Of a DNA stretch of 64,000 nucleotides, positions 19,010 through 29,563 are shown piece by piece (the stretch's first letter is position 1; each line of letters starts with the position of its first letter). This stretch comes from a virus (Duplodnaviria > Caudoviricetes). Location: the IMG/VR virus record IMGVR_UViG_2645727839_000001, positions 32,001-96,000 of that record; one strand, written 5' to 3'. The notes beneath the pieces are model-generated. The model ran no database searches and was not told the DNA's origin. It saw only the letters and a program-made list of their open reading frames with translations. A program made the position numbers and the translations under genes.

Positions 19010-19011
19010 TA

Positions 19012-19575
19012 CTATCTAGTCATCCTTAAAATAGCCAGTACCGATTGAAAATCTTCCGTCTTAAGTCCGGCATAGATAGCAGCAAGAGCATCAGCCAAGT
19101 GCTCATTCGTATTGGTGATTTGCAATTCGCCTTTCACTTTACGAGTAAGCCATTTCAGCTCTGGTTGGTCTGCAACAGCCCAAACGATTTGCTCTTCTTT
19201 GCTTGCTGTCTTATGACCTGCACCTGCAAGTTTCACTTCGTCAGGGGATACCTGAATCATTGGTATCTGCATAGAAGCCAGTAAGCCGATACAAATACCG
19301 TAACTTGCCATTGCTCGAGCTGATTGAGAACCAACAGGGACTTCAACGAACGCCACAGCAGCACCATCTATCTGAGAACGAATAGCGTCAGCCAAATCTC
19401 TAGCTCGAGAAAGGTCATCACTGTTCTTACGAACAGTTTTTTTGTTCTTGCCTGTCGCGGTTTTTTGCAGATAAAGCGATTGGCCTGTTACCTTCTTGGT
19501 ATCAGCGTCCACTTCTGCTTTCACAAAACCCCAGTTACTAAGAGATGGGTCCATACCTATGACGGAGATTTTCAT
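19012..19575 (-). CDS. RuvC-like Holliday junction resolvase
   Basis: IGMDPSL..WG, FVEVP, P.EVK, EHLADALA. Confidence 0.8.
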   Translation of the reverse strand: MKISVIGMDPSLSNWGFVKAEVDADTKKVTGQSLYLQKTATGKNKKTVRKNSDDLSRARDLADAIRSQIDGAAVAFVEVPVGSQSARAMASYGICIGLLASMQIPMIQVSPDEVKLAGAGHKTASKEEQIVWAVADQPELKWLTRKVKGELQITNTNEHLADALAAIYAGLKTEDFQSVLAILRMTR

Positions 19576-19781
19576 TCTTCTTCCTCTGTCACCTTATCTA
19601 AGGCATCAAGGTATTCTTGAGTGTCATCACCGGATACCAGAATCACAGCGGCAAGAGCCTTATCACCCTCGCCTCGAAATGAAAGAGTCATAGAACCTGC
19701 GTTTAACTCTGCCATCTCGTCTGCTACTTCCTTGATGGTCATGTTGCACATCTCATTGGCGTCAATAAATCTCTTAAGCAT
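19572..19781 (-). CDS. hypothetical protein
   Basis: Coupled ORF in operon. Confidence 0.6.
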   Translation of the reverse strand: MLKRFIDANEMCNMTIKEVADEMAELNAGSMTLSFRGEGDKALAAVILVSGDDTQEYLDALDKVTEEEE

Positions 19782-20230
19782 TACCAGCTCCCAAATTTTT
19801 CATTAGATATGTAAGGTGTGTCGTCGGCAGGTACGTCATACATATCTGCATTAGTTACTTCACGGTCAGTTGCTTCGCCTACATCACGCATAAGCTTTGC
19901 AAAGTCACCTGATGCTAATCGGTCACCAAGTAGCGTCATTTTTGCCTCAATGAACTCGACATCATTCATGGAAGCCGGCACTGGCATTTCGTTGTAGTCA
20001 GGTTTCAGAACGACAATGAGTTCGTCGGTCTTTTTAGAGCGGTAAGCATCGTAAACAAACAGAGGAACGGAGTTGTCCACCAGCTTGTTTCGATATTGTC
20101 CGTCATAACGTTTAACGATTATCTTGAGTGGCATAGATAGGCGCACTCGAAGACGATCTTCATCTGGAACTTCTTTGATGTACTGCCTAATCAATCCGTA
20201 GGCTTTTAAATCATGACCAGGAGTCGCCAT
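19781..20230 (-). CDS. hypothetical protein, C-terminal FGSW motif
   Basis: ORF; start uncertain (MATPG chosen). Confidence 0.6.
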   Translation of the reverse strand: MATPGHDLKAYGLIRQYIKEVPDEDRLRVRLSMPLKIIVKRYDGQYRNKLVDNSVPLFVYDAYRSKKTDELIVVLKPDYNEMPVPASMNDVEFIEAKMTLLGDRLASGDFAKLMRDVGEATDREVTNADMYDVPADDTPYISNEKFGSW

Positions 20231-20771
20231 CTTCCATCCCCACTTGAGCAATTTCTTCTAACTCGGCATCTGCTTCACGCAAACCAGCCGCTTGCTTAAG
20301 AATGGTCATCAGCGACTCACTCTTTGATACCACCTGATCCATTGGGATATTGAAGTGCAGTCCCTCTGGACCCTCGCCTAGACATAGTTGGAATATCAAG
20401 CCGTCTTTAGGGTTGCGAACGAATTCTAATAGGTGGAATTCGGTGCCACGTTCGATTTCAACTTTCTTAGGTTCTTCGGTGCTATTCACATAGCCGTCCC
20501 ATTCAACGTCTTCATCGATAAAGACAGGTAGTGAGTCTTTGTTGCGATCAACAATCTCATCTACGGCAATAGCTAGGTCTTCTAGAGTCTCGTAGCGGTA
20601 CTTAATGAGGCGACGATACAGTTCTTGAAGCTTATCGAGACGGTGGTGGTCTAGATCAATAAGCTGACTTGTTAGGTCTACGGGTAGCTCTACAAATTCC
20701 TTTACGAAAGCAGAGTTTTTGGTTTCTTCGATGCTCTGTTTGATAACGGACATCATCATATTGTTACTCAT
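20211..20771 (-). CDS. hypothetical protein, C-terminal DSWS
   Basis: ORF with AGGA RBS. Confidence 0.7.
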   Translation of the reverse strand: MSNNMMMSVIKQSIEETKNSAFVKEFVELPVDLTSQLIDLDHHRLDKLQELYRRLIKYRYETLEDLAIAVDEIVDRNKDSLPVFIDEDVEWDGYVNSTEEPKKVEIERGTEFHLLEFVRNPKDGLIFQLCLGEGPEGLHFNIPMDQVVSKSESLMTILKQAAGLREADAELEEIAQVGMEDGDSWS

Positions 20772-20792
20772 ATTTATCCTATTTCCATAACC

Positions 20793-20820
20793 TAGAGTAA
20801 GTCACTAGTGACTTACTCTA
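20793..20820. promoter_or_regulatory. perfect 28-bp palindrome containing the consensus operator
   Basis: TAGAGTAAGTCACTAGTGACTTACTCTA. Confidence 0.85.
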
Positions 20821-20845
20821 TCACTTAAGAAGAGGCAGTGAAACA

Positions 20846-22786
20846 TCAGGACAATGCATGTCCCTCAATTCGTGATAACCCACCCTCTTTAACAATGGTC
20901 ACACTGTTTGAAATCCAAGACTTCAAATCGGTGTGAGAGATGACAATTGCTGTACCTCGCTCTTTAGCCTTTTCAGTCAAGATAGACATCAAACGCTCAA
21001 GACCAGATTTGTCGATAGCCTGATCGATTTCATCTGCGATTAACAGTTCAATTGGTTTTGATGCTCGACTCGATACCAAGTCTTGCAGTGCCAGATAAGT
21101 CGCTAAACGTACCTTACGCTTTTCACCACCTGACAGTGACTTGAATGACTTACCGCCAGTCAGTGATTCTACCGCAATTGAGAACTTCTCTTTCAAAGAG
21201 CCTTTTGAATCTTTAGCCAGAGTTGTCCATACAGCAGTAATGTTGCCGTCCGACATAATAGACAGGTAGTGAGAAGTTCGATCATTTAGATATGGGGTTA
21301 CTTGATCAAGTAGATGAGCGCGAACACCTGCCGGACTAAACACTTTCGCTGTGCCTTCTGCCACTAACAAGTCATATTCAGCCTCTTCAACTTTTTTCAC
21401 GGCTTCTAACCGTTCTGCAGCCAGCTCATCTTTCTGTTTCTCAAACTTGGCCACCATACTCGTATGAGGATTTTTCATCGCCTTTGTATCTTTCAACAGT
21501 CCGGCGCGAGTCTTTAGTTTGTCTTTGAGTTTCGTTGCTTCTGTACTAGCAATGGTTAGCTCATTCTTGCGCTCTGATAGCTTGCTGAGAGCGTTTTTAT
21601 ATTTCGTTGTGTCGAAACTAGAGCTATCAATTCCCTCTAGCTCAGAACGCAATTCACGCACGATTTTAGCTTGAGCCGCAATGATACGTTTTTGCTCAAT
21701 CATTTTATCAGTGGCTTCTTTGACTTTGCGAGAGTGAGCCTTGATGTGGTTCTTGCGAGCATCAGGATCATCGATATCTTGTCCACACTCATCACAAGAC
21801 GGTGACTCTGCGCTACTAACCTCTGTAAGCTTAGCGTTTGCCGATTTCAATTCAGCTTCTAGGGTATCTAAAAGACCTTTTTCTCTTCGCAGTGAGCTGG
21901 TGGAGCTTTTGAGTTCACCGTCTTTAACTCGGTGGTCGGCTGCTTTTTCGTTTGTAAGCTCAATAGCCTTCTCGAGCTTCGCAATCTTGCCATCAATCTC
22001 TTTGATTTCTGCTGATACATCCTTATCCTCCGCACTCGATAGCTTTTTCTTCAAAGCTATCACCTCAGTAGTGAGAGTTTTCAGGGATTCGGCTTGCTCA
22101 ACTTCCCATTTTTCAACTTGAGCCTTAACTGATTCAATATTTGAATCAACCATTGTAGTTTTCGAGTCGATACCGCTAACAACGCCATTGGCCTCCGACA
22201 CCACGCCTTTAGCTTTGGACGCCTTTTTGGTTGCAATTGTGTAGCCTCGTTGAAGACGATCAATGCCTGCGGCCTCTTCAACGATCACTTTAAGTGCTTT
22301 GTCGGTCATAGCTGGCAAATCTACTAAGTTCTCCTGACCTGCATAGATAGCAGCGCAGAATACATCCTTAGAACAACCGACCAACTTAGATACAGCCTCT
22401 TGAGTGAGCTTATCTGTGCCTAGAGTTTTATCAACCCATGCCCCCTCTTCGCTCTTTTCGAGCATAAGACGGTTCTTATTCTCTTTGTGTTTACGGTGAC
22501 GAGAGATACGCCATTGGATATCTGCATCTTCAATTAAGATAGATACGCGACATCCTTTACCTGCGGTTTTATTCACTACGTCGTCACCGGACTCACCTCG
22601 AGCCGTGATGCCATAAATCGCCCACGATAGACTATCTGCTATCGTAGACTTACCTGCGCCATTACTATCTTGAGATGTATCATCTCGGTTCTCACCTTGA
22701 AGAAGAACAAGACCACGCTCGTTCAACTTCAACTCTGCTTCCCCTATGGCGAGAAAGTTATTAATTTGGGCTTCTAGTATTTTCAT
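20846..22786 (-). CDS. SbcC/Rad50 (gp46-like) SMC ATPase
   Basis: SNGAGKST Walker A, coiled coil with CDEC zinc hook, LSGGE signature, IADE Walker B, ISH. Confidence 0.92.
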   Translation of the reverse strand: MKILEAQINNFLAIGEAELKLNERGLVLLQGENRDDTSQDSNGAGKSTIADSLSWAIYGITARGESGDDVVNKTAGKGCRVSILIEDADIQWRISRHRKHKENKNRLMLEKSEEGAWVDKTLGTDKLTQEAVSKLVGCSKDVFCAAIYAGQENLVDLPAMTDKALKVIVEEAAGIDRLQRGYTIATKKASKAKGVVSEANGVVSGIDSKTTMVDSNIESVKAQVEKWEVEQAESLKTLTTEVIALKKKLSSAEDKDVSAEIKEIDGKIAKLEKAIELTNEKAADHRVKDGELKSSTSSLRREKGLLDTLEAELKSANAKLTEVSSAESPSCDECGQDIDDPDARKNHIKAHSRKVKEATDKMIEQKRIIAAQAKIVRELRSELEGIDSSSFDTTKYKNALSKLSERKNELTIASTEATKLKDKLKTRAGLLKDTKAMKNPHTSMVAKFEKQKDELAAERLEAVKKVEEAEYDLLVAEGTAKVFSPAGVRAHLLDQVTPYLNDRTSHYLSIMSDGNITAVWTTLAKDSKGSLKEKFSIAVESLTGGKSFKSLSGGEKRKVRLATYLALQDLVSSRASKPIELLIADEIDQAIDKSGLERLMSILTEKAKERGTAIVISHTDLKSWISNSVTIVKEGGLSRIEGHALS

Positions 22787-23118
22787 TGTTTCTCTTCGGA
22801 ATTAGGTATGTGGTAGATAAACTCTTGCAACTCGGGGTGTTCAAACAGTTCAGTAGGCGATTCAAAGCCTGCCCAAGCTACGTCTCTTGGTTTGCCATCG
22901 GTTAGGTCTAGCAGTCTGTTGTTATCTATATATCCGATACCAATCTCTTGACCTAACGTGTAAGCCCCATGCTCTACCATCAATAAATGATCAATTGCGT
23001 GATAACTGCTCCAACCCTCTTCGCTATCAACACCTTGAATTAGATAAATAGCACCGGATTCATGCGCTTCTTTTGCACTCTTGTAGTGCTCGGATCGGTA
23101 AGTGAAAATCTCAGTCAT
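22783..23118 (-). CDS. hypothetical protein
   Basis: GGAG RBS before MTEIF. Confidence 0.6.
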   Translation of the reverse strand: MTEIFTYRSEHYKSAKEAHESGAIYLIQGVDSEEGWSSYHAIDHLLMVEHGAYTLGQEIGIGYIDNNRLLDLTDGKPRDVAWAGFESPTELFEHPELQEFIYHIPNSEEKQ

Positions 23119-23461
23119 TGTTTGGATCTCCACAGCTCATGTAGGCTTCAATCTTCTTAACTGCCGCCTCTGGATTTATTCCTTCGAAATCTAATCCGTC
23201 TGGTGCAACGATACGAACATCGCCAAACCCGATATCACATTCGATAGCGAGAGTTACGCCATTCGACTTACACTTAGCTGTCATGCGAGGTGATATAACG
23301 ATGCAGTTCTCACGGTAACTAAACAGCTTGCAATATAAGGGGTGGTCTCTTTCTAGTTGACGAAACGAACCATTCGATAACGTCTCAAACTCCCAACTTT
23401 TTCGACCTAATAACTTTCTAACGCGACCTAAATTCGCTCTCATTTCGGTTAGAGTAGACAT
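23111..23461 (-). CDS. hypothetical protein
   Basis: Coupled ORF between the sbcD-like and sbcC-like genes. Confidence 0.65.
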   Translation of the reverse strand: MSTLTEMRANLGRVRKLLGRKSWEFETLSNGSFRQLERDHPLYCKLFSYRENCIVISPRMTAKCKSNGVTLAIECDIGFGDVRIVAPDGLDFEGINPEAAVKKIEAYMSCGDPNND

Positions 23462-24540
23462 TAAGCTTCTTCCTCAACCTCTCGTAAAATTGACTCGCAA
23501 GATATCTCCACATCTTCCTGCTTCACGTCGAGCTTTTGCTTTGAAAGCCATTCCGAGATGCTTTTGTTGATCGACTCACCTGCTTCAATCGTTGCCCCAC
23601 CCTCACGTTCGGCTACTTTGCCTTTGGGTTGAGCCTGAATGAGAACACCTTCTGCTTTGCACTCGTCTACCAACCAAGAACGCATCTTCTCAATCTGACT
23701 TTGAGTTGCAGTGCCAAGACGAACACGGACGTAATGACCCTCGCAGAAATCTTTCGCCTCTTCTTCTGTCGTAATCACCGCAGAATCGTAATCACGAAAC
23801 TCTGGCGCAGTACTTCGAATATGGATAATTTCATCGAGATCGTTAATCATCAGATAACCGGCAACCGAATCGATATCACCCCACGTTTGATGCGTTGTAG
23901 CACCTACAGAACAAACCGTTTCTGTTAGTTCCTTATGGTTGTGATAGTGACCTGAGAACACACGATTAAAGCCAAACTTATCTAATGCTTCTGCTGTGAT
24001 ACCGTGAGATGGCAAACCCTCGATAACTCCATCTACCGGAGCATGAATCATCAACGTGTAGTTGGCAGTTTGTTCACCTAGATCTTCTGCTACTCGACCA
24101 ATCTCATCTAAGTAGTCCTTTGCCTTGTTGTGCCAGGGAATCATCACCACCTGATCGTCAGGGAAGAACTGAGTTTCTGAAACAACCGTTACGCCTTTGA
24201 TAGTACGTAGAGACTCAATACCATTACTGATTGCACTTGAATCATTGGTTTCTAAATCGTGGTTGCCAGCTAGGAAGCGAATTTCAACTCCCATATCGCT
24301 GATTTCGGTAAACGCATCAATCGTTGGATATAGAACTGATGGTGCAATAGAGCCTCGAACGTGAAACAAATCGCCAGCGTGATACAAACGAGTGCCACCG
24401 TTTTCTTTCACAGACGTAGCCGCAGCCTTTAGTTCGCGTAGGATTTCAATCAATCGACTGTTTAAGCCACCTACGTCTTTAGAGAAAGCTCCCCAATTGT
24501 GCAGATGACTATCTGAGGCGATGCCGTACTTTATTTTCAT
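23461..24540 (-). CDS. SbcD/Mre11 (gp47-like) metallophosphoesterase nuclease
   Basis: SDSH, AGDLFH, AGNHD, SGHYH. Confidence 0.9.
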   Translation of the reverse strand: MKIKYGIASDSHLHNWGAFSKDVGGLNSRLIEILRELKAAATSVKENGGTRLYHAGDLFHVRGSIAPSVLYPTIDAFTEISDMGVEIRFLAGNHDLETNDSSAISNGIESLRTIKGVTVVSETQFFPDDQVVMIPWHNKAKDYLDEIGRVAEDLGEQTANYTLMIHAPVDGVIEGLPSHGITAEALDKFGFNRVFSGHYHNHKELTETVCSVGATTHQTWGDIDSVAGYLMINDLDEIIHIRSTAPEFRDYDSAVITTEEEAKDFCEGHYVRVRLGTATQSQIEKMRSWLVDECKAEGVLIQAQPKGKVAEREGGATIEAGESINKSISEWLSKQKLDVKQEDVEISCESILREVEEEA

Positions 24541-24566
24541 TTTGACCTCTTTGTGATTCTCTTACA

Positions 24567-24584
24567 TAAGTAAGCAGTGACTTA
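24567..24584. promoter_or_regulatory. 18-bp palindromic operator copy
   Basis: TAAGTAAGCAGTGACTTA. Confidence 0.7.
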
Positions 24585-24608
24585 ATAATATACTTAGGAA
24601 TAAGGTGT

Positions 24609-25382
24609 TTAAAGAGCAATTGGAAATGAGGGCTGCTGTGGCGTCATGTTTTGCCAATGTTGCTGCTGCTGACTCACAATTTGGTGAAGTAAGGATGTTC
24701 TTTCTTCCAAAGAAAGCGGTTTTCTGTCTTTGTGCTCGGCAAAAACAATCGTCTCGTACTCTTCTAGTGTCAGAGCGTCACCGTGTATGATACATAGACG
24801 ACCAAGTGACAGTTGATGAATGACGAGATTACAAAGAATTTGTGCCCCACACATACGCGCACAGAGACGATCTTTATCTACACCGTGTATCGATACGTAA
24901 TGAAGTAAGTCAGGTTTATTTAACCAAACCTCTCGAATGGCAGACATAAGCATTGCACCTGCACCGCAGCAAGGTTCACCTATGCCAAAGTCTTCGTTCT
25001 TAGTGGCTCTTTCTTCTAGTTGATCCCAACAATCATGCATTGTCATTTGGCACATGAGTTGAGTAACGCTATCCGGTGTGAAGAATTGACCTAGAGCCTT
25101 TTTATGACCTCGAGAGGCGAGCTCCATATAAATGGGACCCAAGATGTCAGCAAATGGGTAAGCTTGAACGGCAGAGCCATAAGTCTTAGTAGCCTCAAAC
25201 AGAACTTCACGTTCTTTTTCAGATAGTGGCGCAGGATGTTTCTGACCGAACTCGCAAAAGAGATCGTCTACTAACATCTCCATTGGGTTACGTGTTGAAG
25301 TGGTGTAAAGCTTCTCGAGTAAAGAGGTGATTTTGGATACGTATGTTTCTTTACTTGAGTATAGAATTTTTGCCTCTGACAT
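24609..25382 (-). CDS. N-6 DNA methyltransferase-like protein (short; no NPPY-type motif seen)
   Basis: LGQFFTP, EPCCGAGAM, HGDAL. Confidence 0.7.
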   Translation of the reverse strand: MSEAKILYSSKETYVSKITSLLEKLYTTSTRNPMEMLVDDLFCEFGQKHPAPLSEKEREVLFEATKTYGSAVQAYPFADILGPIYMELASRGHKKALGQFFTPDSVTQLMCQMTMHDCWDQLEERATKNEDFGIGEPCCGAGAMLMSAIREVWLNKPDLLHYVSIHGVDKDRLCARMCGAQILCNLVIHQLSLGRLCIIHGDALTLEEYETIVFAEHKDRKPLSLEERTSLLHQIVSQQQQHWQNMTPQQPSFPIAL

Positions 25383-25602
25383 AATCGTTTGCTCTCTAAC
25401 TAAACTAACGTTATTTTAAAAGTCAGAGCTAGGCGATTAAATCTAGGCAGAAAGAAAAGCCATCCTTAGCTGTAGGGTTCCTTTCTCGTTATTTTGCTTG
25501 ATCTTGCGGACAAAGTGCTAAAACCAAACAGGCCCAATTGTACTGTTTGTGGTCAATTGTCCATTAGAAATTTAGCTCTTGTGTGACCCAGCAAGGCTAA
25601 CT

Positions 25603-26115
25603 CTATGATTCAATGCATCTACGTAGGTTAATGACAGAGAGAATGTCGTTAGACCTTACGAACATACCGCCGTAACACCTAACTAGGATGTCATATAACT
25701 CTTGAGGCGTAGAATCTTTGCCAATCAGCATATGATTGTGGGAGCTATGCTTGTTTAGCATCTCAGTCATATCGCCACTTTCAGAGCTTTCAACAATGGC
25801 ATGGCCAATTACCTCCATCTCTTTAGACAACAAAGCAACTTTCTGACCCTCGTATACTCTTTTCGACCATGCAGCGCCTAAACGAACGGTGTTAAACCTA
25901 TCATCTAGCCCCAAATAAGGCGGTCTGAATAGAATTGGTAATACGTAGTTATCGCAAGCGTAGATTCTCGCTTGAGTACCATACTTTCTAATTGCTCTCT
26001 GAATGGACTGTCTAGCCTTGCAGTTAGACTCGACCACGCACATCTCGCACAATTCTCTGGTTTTCGCACTAAAGGTTGTACCCTCTAGCTTTAACGATCT
26101 TAAGTTTAAGTCCAT
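25603..26115 (-). CDS. hypothetical protein, possible ASCH/PUA-like domain
   Basis: FNTVRLG...EGQKVAL...IGHAIV pattern. Confidence 0.5.
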   Translation of the reverse strand: MDLNLRSLKLEGTTFSAKTRELCEMCVVESNCKARQSIQRAIRKYGTQARIYACDNYVLPILFRPPYLGLDDRFNTVRLGAAWSKRVYEGQKVALLSKEMEVIGHAIVESSESGDMTEMLNKHSSHNHMLIGKDSTPQELYDILVRCYGGMFVRSNDILSVINLRRCIES

Positions 26116-26141
26116 ACCAAAAAGGGGCTTACGCCCCTCTC

Positions 26142-27146
26142 CTATTCTTCATCTACCATTAAGCCTTCAATCTGCTCCCAAACAGTCGGCTCACGTAAAG
26201 CCAGTGCTCGTAGTTGATTGCGACGATACTTTTTGCCGTCCCACAAAATGTATCCCTTACTTGGTTGCTCGAGTAAGCCAATCTCAAGTAAGTGATCGAT
26301 TGAAGAACCAATAACGTCGAACTTACCAGAGCCGTCCGGCATATAAAGGAAGTCCCATTCTACTTTCTTAAATGGCGCACTTACTTTGTTCTTCACACAC
26401 TCTGCGGTAACTCGTTGACCGATTTTCTCTTTCTTGTCTGAGCCTGTAATTTGGCTACGAGTAAGCTTGATACGAACCGATGCGTAGAATCGAGGTGCGT
26501 TACCACCGGGTGAAGAGGTTTTATCGCCATACACGACACCAATCTTTTCTCGAATCTGGTTTAAGAAGATGGCAAGCATGTTGTTCTCTTCGCAGATTTG
26601 AGCCAAAGCAGGGAAACTCGCTGACGTACAACGAGCTAAAGCCGTGTTGTCGTTCATGTTGAAGTCTTCAGCATCTTTATCTAGCTTCTGCATTGGCACC
26701 ATGCCAGCTAGTGAGTCGAAAACGATAACAATAGGCGCGTCTTTCTCAATGAACTTGTTCTCTCGAATGGCATAGGCAATCTTCTTTGCGTTATCCATCG
26801 ACTGTTCAAAGGTTCGAGGCGTCTTAAACACCCATCGGTTAGGGTCAGTTTCTAAGCCTAGTTTCTTTGCAAGCCTTACATCAAACGAACGTTCGTGATC
26901 CATAAAGCAAGCAATGCCACCAGCCTTTTGCGCTGACACCATAATCTGAGTAGCGATTGCTGTTTTACCGCAACTCTCACCACCAAATATCTCAATGATT
27001 CTCGAACATGGAGCACCACCATCGTATTTACTCGAGATGGCTTTGTTGAGTGGCTTAAAGCCGGTATCCAACCAAACGGACACTTGTTGATGCTCGTCGT
27101 TGCCGCCAATGGCAGACTGCAAAGCATCAGCTAACGATTTAGCCAT
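26142..27146 (-). CDS. recA: RecA/UvsX recombinase
   Basis: IIEIFGGESCGKT, VFDSLA, FLNQIREKIG, PGGNA..FYASVRI, KNKVSAPFK. Confidence 0.93.
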   Translation of the reverse strand: MAKSLADALQSAIGGNDEHQQVSVWLDTGFKPLNKAISSKYDGGAPCSRIIEIFGGESCGKTAIATQIMVSAQKAGGIACFMDHERSFDVRLAKKLGLETDPNRWVFKTPRTFEQSMDNAKKIAYAIRENKFIEKDAPIVIVFDSLAGMVPMQKLDKDAEDFNMNDNTALARCTSASFPALAQICEENNMLAIFLNQIREKIGVVYGDKTSSPGGNAPRFYASVRIKLTRSQITGSDKKEKIGQRVTAECVKNKVSAPFKKVEWDFLYMPDGSGKFDVIGSSIDHLLEIGLLEQPSKGYILWDGKKYRRNQLRALALREPTVWEQIEGLMVDEE

Positions 27147-27155
27147 GTAATCACC

Positions 27156-28088
27156 TTAGAATAATGAGTCCCACATTGAGATCTCTTTTAGAATGGTTTT
27201 GAACTGACGGTCTTCGCAGAACTCACGGAACTTAGCCGCATCACGATGACCTTTAGTAATGTTCATATCGCCTTTTGATGGCTTCGGGCCATCTCGTAAG
27301 TCCATCAAGCGATAGTTGAGGTTGAATGCATCAATAAGAGACTTGTCACCGCACATAGCATTGATCTTGTTACGTGCTCGGTTAAGTGTCGCATTGGCAA
27401 AACAACCTTTTTGAAACTCACCGTTTTCGTCATATTTGCGGCATAACTCAGCTACGCCACCTTCGTCAGTGACAATCGCCAACGCAGTCTTTTCACCAAT
27501 GCCAGGAATACCACCGATGTTGTCAGACTTGTCTCCCTTGAGAGCCTTAACTTCAATGAAGTCCTGCCAATCTCGGCAACCTGTGAACTCTTCGAAAGTA
27601 TCGATAGTGACGGTGCGATTATTGATAGGGTCTACCCACTGGCTGTCTTCTGTTACCAGTTGTAGCCAATCTTGGTCTGCGGTTAGAAAGTCAATCTTGA
27701 AGCCTTTCTTGATGAGTCGTTCACCAAGAACCCAAGCTAAGTCGTCAGCTTCAAAACCAGTAGCTTTTAACTGGTCTATACCGAGATAGAACAGAGCGCG
27801 AATGATTTGAGGGCGTTGAACCTTGAACTCTTTTCGCATCTGCTTAAGTTCGTCGGTGCTTTCTCGATTTGCTTTGTAGTCTGGGAATTCTATCGAACGC
27901 CAATCTTTAGGGCTGTCCCATAGAATGATTATTTTGGAGCGTGGATTGTTCTCTCGAATGTTCTTGATGGTACGTAACATTCCAAAGATTGCTTGAACTG
28001 GTTGCCCGTCACCAGTTTTAAGTGGGCGAGAGTTTTGGGCTGCATAGCCCAAGCTGTTGCCGTCAACGACAATTGCGTGTTTAGCCAT
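27156..28088 (-). CDS. 5'-3' exonuclease / flap endonuclease (Pol I N-terminal, T4 RNase H-like)
   Basis: VDGNS, YKANR, EADD, TADQDWLQL, GDKSDNIGGIPGIGEKTA. Confidence 0.92.
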   Translation of the reverse strand: MAKHAIVVDGNSLGYAAQNSRPLKTGDGQPVQAIFGMLRTIKNIRENNPRSKIIILWDSPKDWRSIEFPDYKANRESTDELKQMRKEFKVQRPQIIRALFYLGIDQLKATGFEADDLAWVLGERLIKKGFKIDFLTADQDWLQLVTEDSQWVDPINNRTVTIDTFEEFTGCRDWQDFIEVKALKGDKSDNIGGIPGIGEKTALAIVTDEGGVAELCRKYDENGEFQKGCFANATLNRARNKINAMCGDKSLIDAFNLNYRLMDLRDGPKPSKGDMNITKGHRDAAKFREFCEDRQFKTILKEISMWDSLF

Positions 28089-28138
28089 TTTTCACCTCAA
28101 AGAATAAAGGGGCTCAACGCCCCTTTCTCAACTAGACA

Positions 28139-29014
28139 TTAACCGTCTAAGTCAGCCAGTAACTCATCTAGCTCGTCCTCGTTGATATCATCTTCGATTG
28201 GAGCTTCTTTCATTTCTGGTACTTCTTCGAAGTCAGCATCTACCGCGTCGTCTTTCAACTCTTCGGCAATTGATTTGGACAGTGACTTGTCTTCTATAGC
28301 ACCCATCTCACCTGCACCTGCTGTCGCTGGCGAAGATTTTGGAGCCATCAAAAGACCTGCTGCTGAACCAACGGCTGTTAGTGCTTTGTGCAGACCTGAT
28401 TCATTTTCTTGCGACACGTATTCGTCTAGGTTAAGAGCTTTACCTAGTACCTCTTTCGGTACAGATTCACTCTTAGCTGCCGGAATAACCGTGTACTTGG
28501 TATCGTTACGACCACTACCCTCTCGGCTAATCGTCAAATCAACACCTTCTTTCAAGTCTGTGATGTCACCGTATTCAGCAATGATTTCACAAATTGATTC
28601 GAAGATACCGATACCTGCTGCGATAAGAACAGGTTCCTTGTTATTTGCATCGCCACGAACGATTGCATTCATTAGATACTGTTGACCAGAGTTAGCATCT
28701 TTCAGTAGTTCAATGGTTTCATCGTCGTGAGCACTCTTGATCCCCATGCCGATTGCTTTACAGATTTCACAATCTTGACCAAACGTCTTCTCAGTACAAA
28801 CGTAAACCGCTTCTGTTTCGCCTTTGTCGTTCTTGATGTAGTGAGAACCAAAGTCATGAAAGAACTGAGGGTCGTCACCAAGACGCCAAGATGGAAGAAG
28901 ACGAATCTTTGTTTTACCGATAGGAAACTTAAAAGGACGTGCGCGACCTTTTTTGGCTTGAATTTCTTTCTGCTTCTTAGCAACAAGATCCATGATGGTT
29001 AGTGCTTTAGACAT
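28139..29014 (-). CDS. T4 gp32-like single-stranded DNA-binding protein
   Basis: IRLLP, H...C...CEIC zinc ligands, D...G.DL.I, acidic tail ELDELLADLDG. Confidence 0.75.
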   Translation of the reverse strand: MSKALTIMDLVAKKQKEIQAKKGRARPFKFPIGKTKIRLLPSWRLGDDPQFFHDFGSHYIKNDKGETEAVYVCTEKTFGQDCEICKAIGMGIKSAHDDETIELLKDANSGQQYLMNAIVRGDANNKEPVLIAAGIGIFESICEIIAEYGDITDLKEGVDLTISREGSGRNDTKYTVIPAAKSESVPKEVLGKALNLDEYVSQENESGLHKALTAVGSAAGLLMAPKSSPATAGAGEMGAIEDKSLSKSIAEELKDDAVDADFEEVPEMKEAPIEDDINEDELDELLADLDG

Positions 29015-29086
29015 ACGTGTTTTCCTGTGTAAATTAAATTAATAGGGTCAAGACTTAACGACCACGTTCAGGCACTGAGTATAAGG

Positions 29087-29104
29087 TAAGTCACTAGTGA
29101 CTGA
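29087..29104. promoter_or_regulatory. 18-bp palindromic operator copy
   Basis: TAAGTCACTAGTGACTGA upstream of the SSB-exonuclease-recA operon. Confidence 0.75.
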
Positions 29105-29200
29105 ACAGTGTTAATTTTACGAAACTGAGACAGGTGAAACAAATAGGGATTTAAGAAAAACCAGAAAGGAAAGCCCCTCTTTTGAGGGGCTGGGGGTTAG

Positions 29201-29563
29201 CTATTCCGGTGCAGTCATGTCGGATAAAGCAGAAGACGTATTGGAGCCTACCTCTTCTGCATAGCTATTCGTTGCCTTGCGAGTTTTGGCGATCTCATCA
29301 AGGATGTTGTTTGGGTTGTGAGGGCTGTATGGATTGGTTGGGTCCATAAGTTGCTCTGCACTTGTTAGTCGCCTTTTTGGCGGCTCACTATAAGAATTCA
29401 AAGATGGTATTTGAAAATCTCGTTTTTTCCTATTTGTTACATTCAACATATTAAGTCTGGTTTCGTTATGGCGTTTACGTTCTGTTAGCCAAGCAATGCA
29501 AAAGAATATATCCAAACCAAGCGTGACAAAGAGCCAGAATGAAAGACCACCTAAAAGTTCCAT
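29201..29563 (-). CDS. hypothetical membrane-anchored protein
   Basis: N-terminal hydrophobic helix. Confidence 0.6.
   Translation of the reverse strand: MELLGGLSFWLFVTLGLDIFFCIAWLTERKRHNETRLNMLNVTNRKKRDFQIPSLNSYSEPPKRRLTSAEQLMDPTNPYSPHNPNNILDEIAKTRKATNSYAEEVGSNTSSALSDMTAPE

Noticed and set aside
22478-22492. CTCTTTGTGT motif copy inside the sbcC-like gene
   Set aside because: Explained by the codons for HKENK; not at a start codon
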